This document shows, piece after piece, positions 36,401 to 51,400 of a stretch of DNA of 64,000 bases (position 1 is the stretch's first letter; each line of letters opens with the position of its first letter). The notes under the pieces were generated by a model, which had not been told where the DNA came from, did not search any database, and was given only the letters and a program-made list of their open reading frames with translations. The stretch is from contig NC_092676.1 in the NCBI RefSeq assembly GCF_964355755.1, positions 27,670,871 to 27,734,870 on the forward strand, given 5' to 3'. Made by a program: the position numbers and the translations under genes. Source of the stretch: Antedon mediterranea. Its lineage: Eukaryota > Animalia > Echinodermata.

Positions 36401-39400
36401 CCACTTGTACGAAACGCAACAGATATTGAATTTCATTTCTTTTTTAACGAGCCTTGAGCACTTTTTAGTGGTATGTGCGCTATATAAATCCATATTATTA
36501 ACGACGTAAGGGCGCAAGTAATTTGACCAATCACGATGCGATGGATCATCCGAACTGTTCCTTGTGATTGGTCAACACACTTACGTTGTGAGTTCGTTGT
36601 GTTGTATCCAAGTGTGAACAGAGCTTTAGAGGTAGATATACGTACCACATTTGACACAAGGGTTTATCTCTGGTATAGTGACAACTTTGGCCAGTGTGTC
36701 ACACAGCCACTGAGGGTCCAGAAAATAGTAATCAGCTAACATGGCATCCTCATAGTGTAGCAAGACACCTAGTAGGGTAATAAAATACAAATAATTTTAT
36801 AATAAAAAAATAATTGTTTCTCTAATACTTAGGAATAGGAATATATAAAAAGAAAATCAATTGAGGGAAAACAGTGTTAACTGTGTGATTTGTGTTCATA
36901 TTAAAACATTCTCAACTTTTAAAACATAAAATGTTCTATACAATTTGATGACGAATCCAATTATTTGGTCTACTAACAAATAATTGCTTTTATTAAAAAT
37001 GCGACAAAAAACATACCGGAAAATTAAATTAAAAAGGGAAAAAACCTAATTTCTAAATATAAAAATTCCCTCAATGGGAACAAAGTGGGGACCGAAGCGT
37101 TCGACCATGACCAGTGATTAGCTGCGAATGTCGTCGGTGACATCCCGGTTTACCACCTAGGATCATACTCTGACATATGACTATGTGTATTCATATCGGT
37201 CATTCACCTTTAAATTATGATATGTTTAACAGCTGTTGATTTTTAACTTTTAAAAGGGGTTGAAATATGGCATGGAAAGGGGAAAAAGTGAAAACTATTT
37301 TTCCCTTGCATATCAATATTTTATAGTTATTAACAGCCGATTATCGTACATAATACCTCACAATGTTTATTGTCACTAGACATGATACAGCAGGTGTATT
37401 ATATTATACGTTACGTATTATTGTTGATTTGTTATCTCAATTCTGACTTGGATAAAACCCAAACAAGTATTAAAAATCATTGTAAAACAAATTAATGTAT
37501 ATATAATGTGATTTTATAAAGAGGAATGTGAAATTCAAATTAGATTTCACACAATAAAATAAAAAAATGTAAATTAAATTTATGAAAAATTACACCCATC
37601 CGAAATAGGAAACAATTGAAATTAAGTTTATTTTTAGACGAGTTCTACTGTATACTAAGGTGCTTAAGAAGATTGATGATAAACGTGTGAGTCAGCCATG
37701 CACGACAGCTCGCAGTACTTAGTCTGTAGGACAGGATATGAGTCACGAACTTAGTTACCGTTATTATGGAGGAAACGCGTGGCCTGCATCAGCTCTTCTT
37801 TGTCGTGAAATGACACTTGCGACTGCATTTGCATTACGTGCGTTACTTCGGTTCTGAAAAACAAAGAAAACAATTAAATTAAAAAATGGGTAGGTCAGAT
37901 GGCTTTGCAAAGTGAATAAGCAAGAAGCAATAATGACTGAAACATTGACTATGAAACATTAGACTCTTTAGAAATACACTAGAAATTATTTTTTACATAA
38001 ATAAAATATTTGCCCTAGATTACATTAATACAATTGTTATTACCATATGTGAGTATTGTCAGGTGGTCTGTGTTAAATATTCAGCAAAACTTAGGGGATG
38101 GGATTTATACTTTGATTGCAATAACAACCAAACTCTTGTGGCCATATTTAGCATAAAGGTCTGTCTGCACTATCAAACTAGTTTGACAAAAAAAGTGTGA
38201 TACCAAATATGGTAGTATAATATGACATCATCCTGTCCATATATGAGCACATTACATTTTTTTTCACATAAAGTGTGATAGTGTAGACAAAGCTTTAGGG
38301 AGTGGAATACACTTGAGCATGGGGATAAAATTAGTACAAAAATACAAAAAAAAAACAGAACTATTTGTGATACTGTATAAATAACTTTGAAAAGCTATAA
38401 TTTGATTGGCTCAGGCATTTTTCTTACAGCATTAGCTCAAAATTATCATTTTTATATTCACCTGTATTCTGTTGTAGTTAATACCGGTTCTTTCTTCTCC
38501 TCTCGTCTTTCGGCAGCCAAATAAGCGATCGCCTTTTCCAGCGCTAAATAAGATGTCGGAACTGGATGCTTCAAAAGAGGTTCTCGATCTCGCTTGTCAC
38601 GACCTGAAGAAATAAACATTTAAATTAGCTTGAGCGCATAGTGGCATTGTGGATAAGTGGTCAACTATTTTTTACCAAATCTGAGGGTCATGGGTCAAAA
38701 TCTCTAATTTCTCTCATGAAAAATATATACCCTTTATAACCAATACAAAAAGTACCGTCACCTTGATAAGAATCCTACAATAAACTAAATCAAATACAAT
38801 TATTAAAAACCAAATTGGGCTTTAAGACTGTCTTACCTGCTACAAAATATTTAGATTGAAAAATATTATCTGATAGAAATAAAAGTGAAATATTTATTTA
38901 TAGCAAACATTTTGTTCAATCCAAATGTTTATTTACTTTAAATTTGCAAAATAAAAAATTAAATTCACAAAACAAAACGATGTCAATCAAAACTATTTAC
39001 CTTGAATGACAAATTTAACGAATTAAACAAAATAATTTTTGTAACATTTCTTCATGTTAATGCATTTAATTTCAGTTTGAATTCATGATGTGGTTGCAAT
39101 CATTCATCAGCTACTACAGAAACTCACCCGTGATAGAAAATGCTGTGTCATAGATTGTGTTTCGTAACTTAGCTATGTGATTACTTCTAAGACAGTTAAT
39201 CGGTACAAATGCTCGGACATCTGGCAGGCCAAGATCTTGAGGGTGAGCAATGTCTATGAAACGCTCGGTGACCTTACGCGTAAGCTCCATCAAGTAGTCA
39301 CGCGAGTAACGAGGGCTACTTCGCAAAACATCGAGATGCGTTCCTACTAGGATTACAGGAGAGTTGGGAGCACGAGCCTGAAAGAAAATTAAATAAATAT

Positions 39401-42400
39401 ACTATAAACCTCGAAAAGAAGCCCATCTCAAAAAGTAATCTCAAAAAAGAAGCCTTTCTCAAAAGTTAATCTCGAAAAGAAGCCTATCTCAAAAAGTAAT
39501 CTCGAAAAGAAGCCCATCTCAAAAAGTAATCTAAAAAAGAAGCCAATCTAAGAAAGTAAGAAGCCCATCTCGAATCAAGCCCACTTTGGGCTTATTTTCA
39601 AGGTTTTACAGTATAGGTATACAGAAATCGTCTTGTAATCTGGGAAGATGCCAACAAGATAAAACAAGTTTCATAAAACATATTAAGAAATCAGATCTGA
39701 TGGGACACAGCCAAACCTCTGGCGCCATTTCAATAATCCAACTAACTTTGTGGTTTTTTTATTTTAAAATGTTTCAATAGTAATTTTTAGGACTGTTGAT
39801 TTTGATATTAGATTTGTTTTCGACCTTGACCTAGTAAAGATATCAAAACAAATGTTATGTCAAGTGGAAACATAATATAAATGAAATTTTAATAAACTAA
39901 AAATGTTTTAAAACTTTTTAAAGTAAAATATATGAATATTTTCATCTGTCTTTCCAATATCGAGGCCCTTTTGGGTTTTTATACATTTGTCATGTTAAGG
40001 AATTGTTCAATATACCAGATCACATGATTTTAAGAATAATTGCACATGACCAATTCCAGCCAATGACATTCAAGATATCTTTATAGTTTTGATTGAATCA
40101 TGTGAAATCTAAATTATCAAGAGTGACATTGATAAGCACGAGGTCGTTTTATATCTAATTGCTTGATTTGATAAGGCGATTAAAAAATACTTTTCTCAAT
40201 ATGTTGGATACTGATTGGGGTTCATAGCAGGGATTAAACATGCAAGTGAATATGAATGCATTTCTTTACTGTACATAGTCTTCTCAATATGGGGTCCACT
40301 AGAGGGATTCACATATTACAAGACAACTTACTTTTTGATTCAAGATTCAAGACATTTTATTAGTCCACTTTAAAATAGAAGTTCTATTTGCAAAGACAAA
40401 TACATTAAGTTGCAAAAGGCAATATTAAAATACTATTTATAGGACTATGTTAAAATACTGTTAAAAAACTATTACAAATGCAGTTTGCAAAAACAGTTGC
40501 ATGTAAAATACTGTTAAAACGAAAAAAAAAATAAAAAAATTACAGCAATGATCGTCGACCGTTTAATAGAATTGTATATATTAATGCTATTTACAACAAA
40601 GGACTTCCTAGTTCTACATAGACTTTGGTGGTCGTAGTTTTGTTGCATATTGTGAAAGTATGTTCTTTTCTAAATTGGCAATTTGTTACTTCTAGAGTGT
40701 ATATAATATTTGTTACTTCTAGAGTGTATATAATATTTGTTACTTCTAGTGTATATAATATTTGTTCCTTCTATAGTGTATATAATATTTGTTCCTTCTA
40801 GAGTGTATATAATATTTGTTACTTCTAGAGTGTATATAATATTTGTTACTTCTAGAGTGTATATAATATTTGTTACTTCTAGTGTGTATATAATATTTGT
40901 TACTTCTAGTGTATATAATATTAGTTACTTCTAGAGTGTATATAATATTTGTTACTTCTAGAGTGTATATAATATTTGTTACTTCTAGAGTGTATATAAT
41001 ATTTGTTACTTCTAGAGTGTATATAATATTTGTTACTTCTAGAGTGTATATAATATTTGTTACTTCTAGAGTGTATATAATATTTGTTACTTCTAGAGTG
41101 TATATAATATTTGTTACTTGTAGAGTGTATATAATATTTGTTACTTCTAGAGTGTATATAATATTTGTTACTTCTAGAGTGTATATAATATTTGTTACTT
41201 CTAGAGTGTATATAATATTTGTCGTACCTGTATATTGACCAACCACTGTTGTAGTTCATTAATTCCTTTCTCGCCATCGGTCAGTTTCCAAAGCACCAAG
41301 TAGAGTGAACGCTTGGTCAGAAAATACTGATGTGTAGCGTAAAACTCTTGCTGTTGACAGAAATATTGTAATATTATTATAGTTAAGCTCTAGTTGAGTC
41401 AAGTCAACAAATATTTAAGGATTACTATTGTATTCACTTAGAGAGGAGAATTTTAAAATTTTAAGTGTGTTTCGTTTAGTGTGGTTGGAAAATATGAATA
41501 CTGGTACATAACAATGTACCATTTAAGAGGCTTTTGATTAAAAATAAATTTATTAACTCAAAATTTGTGAAATAAACATAGTTTTGTTTCCTTTGTAAGA
41601 AATTGGTTTATATAATCCTAGAAATTTTTTTATTTAAAATTGAATATTCAATTTACCTGGCCACCAAAATCCCATGTGCTGAACGTCACTTTGCCATATT
41701 TGGAATTCTTCTTACAATATGTCCACTCACAAACGTCAACACCAACGGTTGACAGATGGTTACCTTTTAGGGTCTTGCCACCTATGTGAGTGTTACCTTG
41801 CCTTTCTGCAAAACTCTAGTAGTTAAAAAAAAAAAAAAAACAGGTAAAGACAGAAAGTACTAAATAACAAGTGAGACGCAGGTGAGTGGCCGAGCGGTTA
41901 AGACAGTGGAGTGGTAATTACTTAGCCATAACATCGGCACAGGTTCGAGGCTCACTCGCTCCATGTAGAACAAGTTTCCCCAGATAAGGACTATAAACTG
42001 TAGGTCTCCAGTGTACTACACATCTAGCTCAAGATGAGTAGGGGGTACTGTACCAGTACACACACACAGCCACTTTCGCACACAATCATCATAAGTAGGC
42101 CCTCTGTATTATTTACATCTATAGCCCAGTAACAGTACAGTACCACCCCGAGGGAAAAGAGTCATTATCTTATCAGATTGTACCACAATGGCCTTTAGTG
42201 GTCTAATGACAGGTACATCTACATATCAAGAAAAAGAGTCAGAGCTTGAGTTGCGCAACTATTTTCACTTTCAGATTATTCCTTTTTTTTTTTTATCTAA
42301 CTTATTTTGAATAATGTCAAGGAAACTGACTTAGTGCTGTCACACTAATACCAAAAAATACTAAAAAACACCAAAGTAGACCGGAAAAACTGTCCCAATT

Positions 42401-45400
42401 TAAAAGTAATGATTTATAAGGACAAATGTGTGCAGCAATCATGATTCATTCGTCTGTTGTTTAATTCCAGCATCCTTCCGGCTGGAAGAAATCATGTCAA
42501 CCAGTCAGCCATGTCAAAACAAACCAGTCAGCTGTGTCAACCAGTCAGCTGTGTCAACCAGTTACCCATGTCAACCAGTCACCCATGTCAACCATGTCTC
42601 TCTCGTATAGAGAACATCCCTCCATTATTGAGGGTGTCACTCTTCTATAGAAGACATTTAGAGAGAGGCCTCATGGGTCAAGGAGAGTGTTGAGGAGTAC
42701 ATCGATTGATCCAATAAAGTTGTACTTATAAAATACTGTACATGTCATGTCTCTCTCTTTCTAGGTCAACCACTATACGATCAACAGTTACAATGTTAAC
42801 TCTTGTACAGAGGTTGTCAGAATCGTAATAAGACACCCTCAATTACCTCTGGTGACTGATTGCCATAGGGTCCATTGCCTTTTCTCAGTTCGTTCAGTAG
42901 AGTGGTTTTACCAATGCATGCTTTACCCACAAACATCAATTTCATCCTGGCATAAGGTTTTGCACTGAAAACAAAACCAATGAAAATATTTAATTTGAAT
43001 AGATCATTATTCTTAATCACTAAAGCTCTGTCTACACTATCAAACTTGAGACATGTCATTAAAGCAGGTTCATTCATTCTTTTCATAAAAAAAATAAATA
43101 AAACAATAGACTTACTCATCAAGAATACATCTTAAATATCCCAAGACATCCTTGACCAGAAGGTTTGATGTCATACTGGACAACGGCTCGGTCAAACTAC
43201 ATCCATCAACCTTCAGATCATACAGGTTCTGCAGACGACCCATCTCTGGTGGCAACATCGTAACCATCTCATTACCGTCAATTCTCAGGTTCGACAACTT
43301 CGTCAGATATTGAATGTCTTTTGGAATCTCTGTTAGCTTGTTGTTGGACACTGCCAGGAACGCCAGATCAGGGAAAAGAAGCGTGATGTCATCACTCGGA
43401 GACGGATGATTTGTTACAATCTTTGGCACATCCTTAAGGACTTCAGTCTTGTCCTCCACAGGGAAGCAAAGAGAAACACACTAGAGAAGTAAAACTTCTG
43501 CATTAAGCTCTGTCTACACTATCAAACTTGATGTGACAAAAACATGTGATGTGCCCATATACTGTATGGACATGATGATGTCATATCAATACAATATTTG
43601 TGCACATCACACTGTTTTTGTCTAACTAGTTTGATAGTGTAGAGTCTACAATGTATTATTGGCTATGGAGGGCAATTCCTGCCAAAAATACAGTATGAGG
43701 ATCATCTGCATACATTTAACCTTTCATGGTTTTATTAAATACAGAAAATGTATTGGGAAACTATTTGTTCATCCTCACTTAACAAATATACACATAATTG
43801 GGATAATATTTTTCATATTTATTTTGGATGAAATTGAAATTTCGACAACTTCGAGACTAAAGAAGTCTGTTAAGATACACAAAAAACATTAAAAACCCTT
43901 ACTGATTGGTCATGATCATCAGAATCCTCCAGTTGTTTCTCATCATTTACATTGATCTCTTCCGTTCTTGACACCACTTGCAACTGTGTAATGTTGTTAT
44001 TAGTAAGATCAAGTGTTCGCAAATTTGCCAGAACACGATGTCGTCGATGTTTACAGTATTGCAGAGAAACGGCAGGTGGAGAGAGAAGCGCCGAAGAGAT
44101 CACCTGACCATCTTTACTGTCCCTTCTAGATTCTCCTAGTGCATTCATCGCTAACAGATGTGCGTTCTGTTGTGTCTGGATGGCAGGGCTGCAGCATGGT
44201 TCAATTCCGAGGATGTCCGAGATCTTCTTCTCCTTCTCAGATGATGGATGCACATGTAACATTTTTAATATTGAATCTTTACGGGAAAGAGAACCAGCTC
44301 TGCGACAACTCACGCTCATTGATTTTATATCATTGTGAGAGACCTCTAGATCAACAAGCCCAGCTGGGAACTTATTAATTGGTCCAAAATCTGTAATCTT
44401 ATTTTCTGATAAGATAAGTTTTGATAATTTTGGAGCAAGACACGGGAGTCCAATGGGTATCTTTGACAGAAAATTCTTTGAAAGGTTCAATACTTCCAAG
44501 CAGTTAACTTCATCGGCACTTATTGGTTCTTCTTCAACTTCGTCATACCCAAGGCTACTTGTACTCCACAATTGATGTCGTCTGACATTCACCAGTGTAT
44601 GTTTCCTCTTTTGTTTTTCATTTCCAAAGACTTCTGAATTACTGGAAGTTGTCGATTGTTCAGACGTCTCGGTAGGAGTTCTTCCTTTCTTTATTGCTCT
44701 ACTACTCGTCTCAGAGTGATTCATTCTAAACTTGTCTCCTTCCTCCATTCCAGAATCACCATCTTCATCCCGATCTTTCAATAAATTGTTTTTATCTAAT
44801 GACATTTCCAACGATTGCTTTTTGTCTTTGTGACTTGCAGTGGATGAATGAAATGTCTGAGAATCATCCAATCCATCAAGGATGTTACTAGGCAACTCTT
44901 CCAATTTATTCTTTGAGAGATCTAAGTGCTTAAGCTTTGGCGCCATCCACATATCAAATGGAAGCTGTTTCAACTGGTTTCCATGAACATTTAGAGTCTC
45001 CAATACTGGGAGGTGAAACATAACAGCTGGCAGTTTGTCTAACCAGTTATTATTGAGATCAATATGAGACAACATTGGACAATTCCAAATAACCTCTTGG
45101 TTCTCACACTGGCTTTTTGTCGAGGCACTAGGAATCGACCCGACCGTGTGTCTTTTATCAGACTTCTCCACTTTGGCCGTCTCCTTCTTGGACTTCCCAA
45201 TTGGTAATTTACTGATCTTGTTTTTTGCGGCACTCAAAACGTGTAGTGATGGTAATTGGAATATTACTAAAGGAAGTTCTGATAAACTATTGTCAGAGAT
45301 GTCAATCCTTGTGATTGCTGATAAGCATGGATGCTGGATGCCTGGAGATACCTCATAGTTCTGTAAAGTTATATTATATCTTAAACTAGCCTCTATCAAC

Positions 45401-48400
45401 CAATCAGTCTCAATTATTATCAATTCCATATCATGCCAGTCAATTGCAACAGGAACATCAAAAGATGCCGAGTTGCTTATTAAACGTTTTGGTATCGCAA
45501 CGGTGCGTCTACGATCCCGATTAATCGAGCGCCCTCCATCTTTGCTGAGTTGCTGAGCCATTTTTGAATAATGTGGAGTTTGATTGCTAGTTTCTTTGAC
45601 AGACTTCCCCGTCCTCTTCTCAATTGGTTCAGTTGCAAGTTGATCGACACTCACTGCACAAGAGGCCGCTTTAAACTCTGCCAAACAATCAGAATTAACG
45701 GTGAACTCAGAATCTGGATGTACACCAGAATGTCCTAACATGACACGGACGATATCGTCACGTCTGCTTAGCAACGCAGACAACAGCGCTTTACCCTCTG
45801 TGTCTTTAGCGCCGTGTTTTAACAAAAGTGTAATAACCTCCAATTTATAATCAAAAGCACTGCACGCTTCAAAAAGCAAAGAAGAGTTTTCTTTAGTAAA
45901 AAAAACCTTTTCTGAAAACTTTGGCGAAACTCTTTTAGGTTCGCAATTGTCATTGTTAAACAAACAGTACAAAGATTGAATTGGCGCATTCACTTCTGCG
46001 CCATACTTCAATAACAAAGACGTTATCTCCACATTCCAGGAGAGTACAGCGGCATGCAAAGGTGTCTGGCCGACAACTGTATACGTGTTGACATCTACAA
46101 ACGGTTTCTTTCGTGTCGAGTTGGTGAAGGGCATAGAATGATGTTTGCGACGATTTGGCTGAAATTCTAACAGTGATTTCACAATGTCAACATGGCCGGC
46201 AGCACTCGCAAGATATAGACTTGTCTGTCCGTTAATATTTTGCAGATTTATATGAAAAGGAAGACCTCCTTTGTAAGCCTTTAGGTTACTGGACGTCTGG
46301 TGCAACCTGGATTTACCCTAAAAGAAAACATACAGTAGTAGGCATAATTATATTTCTCAATACGCTAATTATACTACTGATAATTTGTACATAACGGCCA
46401 TCTAACAAAGTCATAAAACGTATAGCAAATATACAATTGTGTCCTAAAAGTATTCAAAAAACATGTATTTTACTGTATTTTACACAATAAACAAAATAAA
46501 TTCAGTATAAACAATGTTTATTTCATTTAGTATTTTCTTTTCTAAAATCAAATCGCTTTTTCTCTTCTATAAAAATGTATTATACTCATCTTAATTCTAA
46601 TACAAAGGTCATAACAGGCCCCAGGGGTCATTAACCTAGCCCTTGAGGTATAAGTCAGACAAATTAGGTCAAAGATGTTACTAATCTGTATCATAAAATT
46701 TGATTTAATGATAAGTTTTAATTGATTTTGTAGATGATTTTTCATCGGTTGTTTTTAGTATTGATATAAAGCTCTGTCTACACTCTCAAACTACTGTAGT
46801 GAGTGGCCGAGCGGTTAAGACAGTGGAACCGTAATTACGTAGCCATAACATCGGCAGGGGTTCGAGGCTCACTCACTCCATGGTTCTGGTGGTAGAACGA
46901 GTCTTCTCGGACAAGGACTATAAACCGCAGGTCCAGTGTACACCTAGCTCGTATGCACTTTAAAGAACGTAGTACATCTTTCGAGACGAGTATGGGGTTA
47001 CACTGATCACCAACTTTGACTGAAGAGGTTACCCAGTATAAATATATATTTCAATAGTGTGATGTGCCCAAATATGGTAGTGATATGCTCAAATTTGGTA
47101 GTGAGTGATATGATCATATCATTATGTCCATATACATATGGACATCATGTTACATAAAGTTTGATAGTGTAGACAGAGCTTAATTATAGTTATCAATATA
47201 ATAGCACAATTCCTTCCAAAAAGTGAATCACAAAGATTTAGGTACAGGAGGAGCTGTAGCTTGGTGGTTAACATGCTTGCTTTCCAATTCCAAGGTCTGG
47301 GGTTCAGTCCTGACCTAGTGCCAGTGTTTTAACTCATAACTCTTTCAACTCCACTTCCTAAGCTTCACATGAACTTAGTTTATAAGCATGATAAACTATA
47401 AAATAGTTTATCCATCCTATAATTGGCGAGTGTGCTGAATGTTGGATGAGTAAATAAAACAAAGTAAATTAAAAAATATGTGAAGAATTAAAAGCGTTGT
47501 GAAAATGAAATTCTCTGTATGGTTAGAAATGGCATTATCATACCCAGTACACAACAGTATCTTAAATGGTGGCCTCAGGTTCGCGGTGCTTTCCTGAGAA
47601 TAGTGAGTTGTACGGCCAATTAAAACTATTTCCTTTCAATACTCTGATTGAGTAATCCAAGTATGACTCAATTTACATCGTGTAATCCCATTGAAAATTT
47701 ACATTCGTTCTCCCCAAAGAAATTAACGCAGCCTTTGGTCTTTGTGAAGGTTGTCCCGAGTCACGTGAAAAGTAGTGGAGTTTTGAATGATAGAATATTA
47801 TTAGTATTATATTATATTTTAAACTTCAATAAATTTGAATGTATTCTAGTAATATACGATTAATCTGCATAACCTGAAAGTAATATAGAATTACATGAAT
47901 CACATAAAAAGTTAGCAGATTGAGGAAGTAAGGATATACCTATTTTAAAATTCTTTTTCGTTTTAATTTTTTTATAGTGTGTATAAAACTGAATTAATAT
48001 TCATAAAACCTATTTATATATATTAAATTTCTCCTCCATTTTAGGCTGTATGAGTATGTTTATGTAAAATGTGCAAAATATTAAAATATAATAATGTACA
48101 GAATGCACCTTTTAAATCTAAAGCATGAAATATTGCACTGCGATTTTCATAATTCTTGAAGCTTGATGCCTTTTGACAATCGTTTGTCATCACTCTATGT
48201 AACGTTCGAGGACAATGTGCCAAGTACTTTAATTCTTGCAACATGACTTATCTGACTTCAATCAAATTTATTTGGCCTGGCTTCGAACTTTAAAAGAACC
48301 AGTCATCAATACATTTATAAGAAGCTTATCTTATTCATATTTTTTTATAATTTAAGGAAATTAATCATAGTAAATCAATTGTATATTATTGATCATAACA

Positions 48401-51400
48401 ATACAATATTTGCAAATATTTTGGCATAATATGATGATAATAAAAAACAGAGTGGTTAACTTGTAATTTGAAAACAACTTTGAAAGAGGATTAAGAGGAA
48501 GATGAGGATTAAAAGGAAGATGAAACATGGGGATGAAACATGGATAGAGGGGGTAGGAAAATAAAAAAGGGAGTGGAAAAATGAAAGAGGAAGTGGTGAA
48601 GGAAAGAATGGGTGGGAAATGACAAATACAAGGAAATTCTAGTCAAAAAAAACCCAGGTCAGTCAATGCAAAAAAATATTACAAAAATATTTAATTTATT
48701 TTATGATGATAAGTTGACAGTTTCCCTTGTGTCCTAAATGCAAAACCTTCATAGAATGAAAAAAGGTCATTATCTATGAATCGCTTCACCATATAATAAG
48801 GAATGCGATTATAAGTTTGGTTAAATTAACTTTTATATATTGGCTACATTTCTCAAAATGCTAATTTTTTTTACAAATATCTGGAGCAAATCCAAAAGAT
48901 CTTACATGAGGAACACGTTTGCAAAAAGGAAAACGACAGACCCATTGCAGTCTTGCAGTGTCAAAATTATATGACCTTTAAGATTAAAAGTGTGGAACTG
49001 CCATACTTTTTTCTTTTGTCTTTTCTGGGTTTCCCACTTTTATTTCATTATCATTAGCATTGTCTCATTCATCATATTTACATTTATACATTATCTAATC
49101 TATTCCTTTAAATACACTGGTAGGCAGCAAGTAAAAATAAACAAATATTGCTTTTAAACCGGATCTGTACATTCTATTTTTAATAAGACGCACTCTAATT
49201 AATTATGATTATGATTTCAAAATCAAAATGCAGATTTTCTTTCTTCTTTTTCTGTTTGTACGTTTATTTATATGAATGAAATTTTTCCGAAATAAAAGAA
49301 AATAAAATTGAATAGCAAATTGTATTTCTGTTCTATATTCTAGTCTAGAAGGTTAATAAACAATAATCTCATTTTCCAACATAAATTATAATAAAATTTG
49401 TTCTAGTCATGCTTCTAAAAATAAACACTAGTTGATTGATTCATGTAATGTCTGATTGATGATAGAATTTGTGTCATCTTTCAACAGGGCATTAATTATT
49501 AATGTCTTCAATTTTAATTAAATCTATTTATCACTCTGAACCGTGTTAAGTGACAGTTTGTATGTGCTTACGTCATACACTATGCTAAATACAGCTAATA
49601 CACGACAGCCAATGAAATCTGTTTAAAACTACAATGTTTGTATTTACACAGGTGGTGCATGGCACTAACTTGAATGAGAGTGGTAAAAGTGAGAGGAGTA
49701 AAAGTGAGAGGGGTAAAAGTGAGAGGAGTAAAAGTGAGAGGAGTAAAAGTGAGAGGAGTAAAAGTGAGAGGAGTAAAAGTGAGAGGGGTAAAAGTGAGAG
49801 GAGTAAAAGTGAGAGGGGTAAAAGTGAGAGGAGTAAAAGTCAGAGGAGTAAAAGTGAGAGGAGTAAAAGTGAGAGGAGTAAAAGTGAGAGGGGTAAAAGT
49901 GAGAGGAGTAAAAGTGAGAGGAGTAAAAGTGAGAGGGGTAAAAGTGAGAGGGGTAAAAGTGAGAGGAGTAAAAGTGAGAGGAGTAAAAGTGAGAGGGGTA
50001 AAAGTGAGAGGGGTAAAAGTGAGAGGAGTAAAAGTGAGAGGAGTAAAAGTGAGAGGAGTAAAAGTGAGAGGGGTAAAAGTGAGAGGAGTAAAAGTGAGAG
50101 GAGTAAAAGTGAGAGGAGTAAAAGTGAGAGGGGTAAAAGTGAGAGGAGTAAAAGTGAGAGGAGTAAAAGTGAGAGGGGTAAAAGTGAGAGGAGTAAAAGT
50201 TGATTTTTGTGTGATGTATACAGTAGAACCCAAAAAAGGGTCGCTTTAATAAGAGTTTCTATTATTGCACGGTCAATATAATTGTATATTCGAGGGTGTT
50301 TAAATTTAGGTAGGTAATTTTCAAATGCAATGATTGCTATGGGTTTCTACTATTGCATGGTCAATATAATTTAGGTAGGTAATTTTCAAATGCAATCATT
50401 GCTATCGGTTTCTACTATTGCATGGTCAATATAATTTAGGTAGGTAATTTTCAAATGCAATGATTGCTATGGGTTTCTACTATTGCATGGTCAATATAAT
50501 TTAGGTACGTAATTTTCAAATGCAATGATTGCTATGGGTTTCTACTATTGCATGGTCAATATAATTTAGGTAGGTAATTTTCAAATGCAATGATTGCTAT
50601 GGGTTTCTACTATTGCATGGTCAATATAATTTAGGTACGTAATTTTCAAATGCAATGATTACTATGGGTTTCTACTATTGCATGGTCAATATAATTTAGG
50701 TAGGAAATTTTCAAATGCATTGATTGTTATGGGTTTCTCCTATTGAACGGTCAATATAATTGACATATTCGAAGGTGTCTAAAATTAGGTACGTAATATT
50801 AAAATTCATTGATGGCTATTCAATAGTAAGCCCATTGGGCATCTAATCGGTTTAATGGTTAATTATCACAAATTTAATTATATACTGTAATAATTGCCAA
50901 ATTTCATTCTTTTCATTTTAAATCATGATAACCTAATTGAATATTATACTTTCTGTTTTTTAAATTGCCAATATGTTGCATGTCAAAAGTGATATAGTGA
51001 CAGCTAAATTCAGATCATTTCAAATTTAAAATCTAATGTTGTTTGGGATTTTCATTTAAGGCGTGTGGGGTAGCCATTTCTCAAAGCACAAAAACCAATG
51101 TATAACCATTTGTCCAACATGAAAACATTGTACACGTTTAACATACTAATCTATCAATCTAAAGCTCTGTCTACACTATCAAACTTTATGCAGGCCTTTT
51201 CTTTTGAGGTGAGCAAGTATGATCCTAACATACTCCTAAACTGCCATTGAGGAGTGCGATTTACAACACACTTAAATTTGGTAAATTTCTACACACCAAA
51301 ATACAAATGGCACACCTACAGCACCCTAGAATGTATTGAGGAGTGCAATTTGTAGCACACCTACAATTTTAAAGACAAGGCCTGTTCACACATCACACTT

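Noticed and set aside
36316-37758. Apparent missing COR exon, suggesting an LRRK pseudogene
   Set aside because: The exon exists at 36768-36646 (GVLLHYEDAMLADYYFLDPQWLCDTLAKVVTI) but is too short for the ORF track; the reading frame is intact.
39070-39112. Hammerhead ribozyme on the minus strand (ctgatga-atgat..atcat-gaat)
   Set aside because: GAAT instead of GAAA, and I could not form stems I and III; the ctgatga near 54290 fails similarly.
40737-41277. Repetitive ORFs (TNIIYTLEV etc.)
   Set aside because: Translation of a 27-bp minisatellite; the same applies to the ORFs at 28182-28569 and 31370-31743.
49595-50249. Long repetitive ORFs (TFTPL / KVRGV / SKSER)
   Set aside because: Open frames are a by-product of a stop-free 15-bp minisatellite in an LRRK intron.
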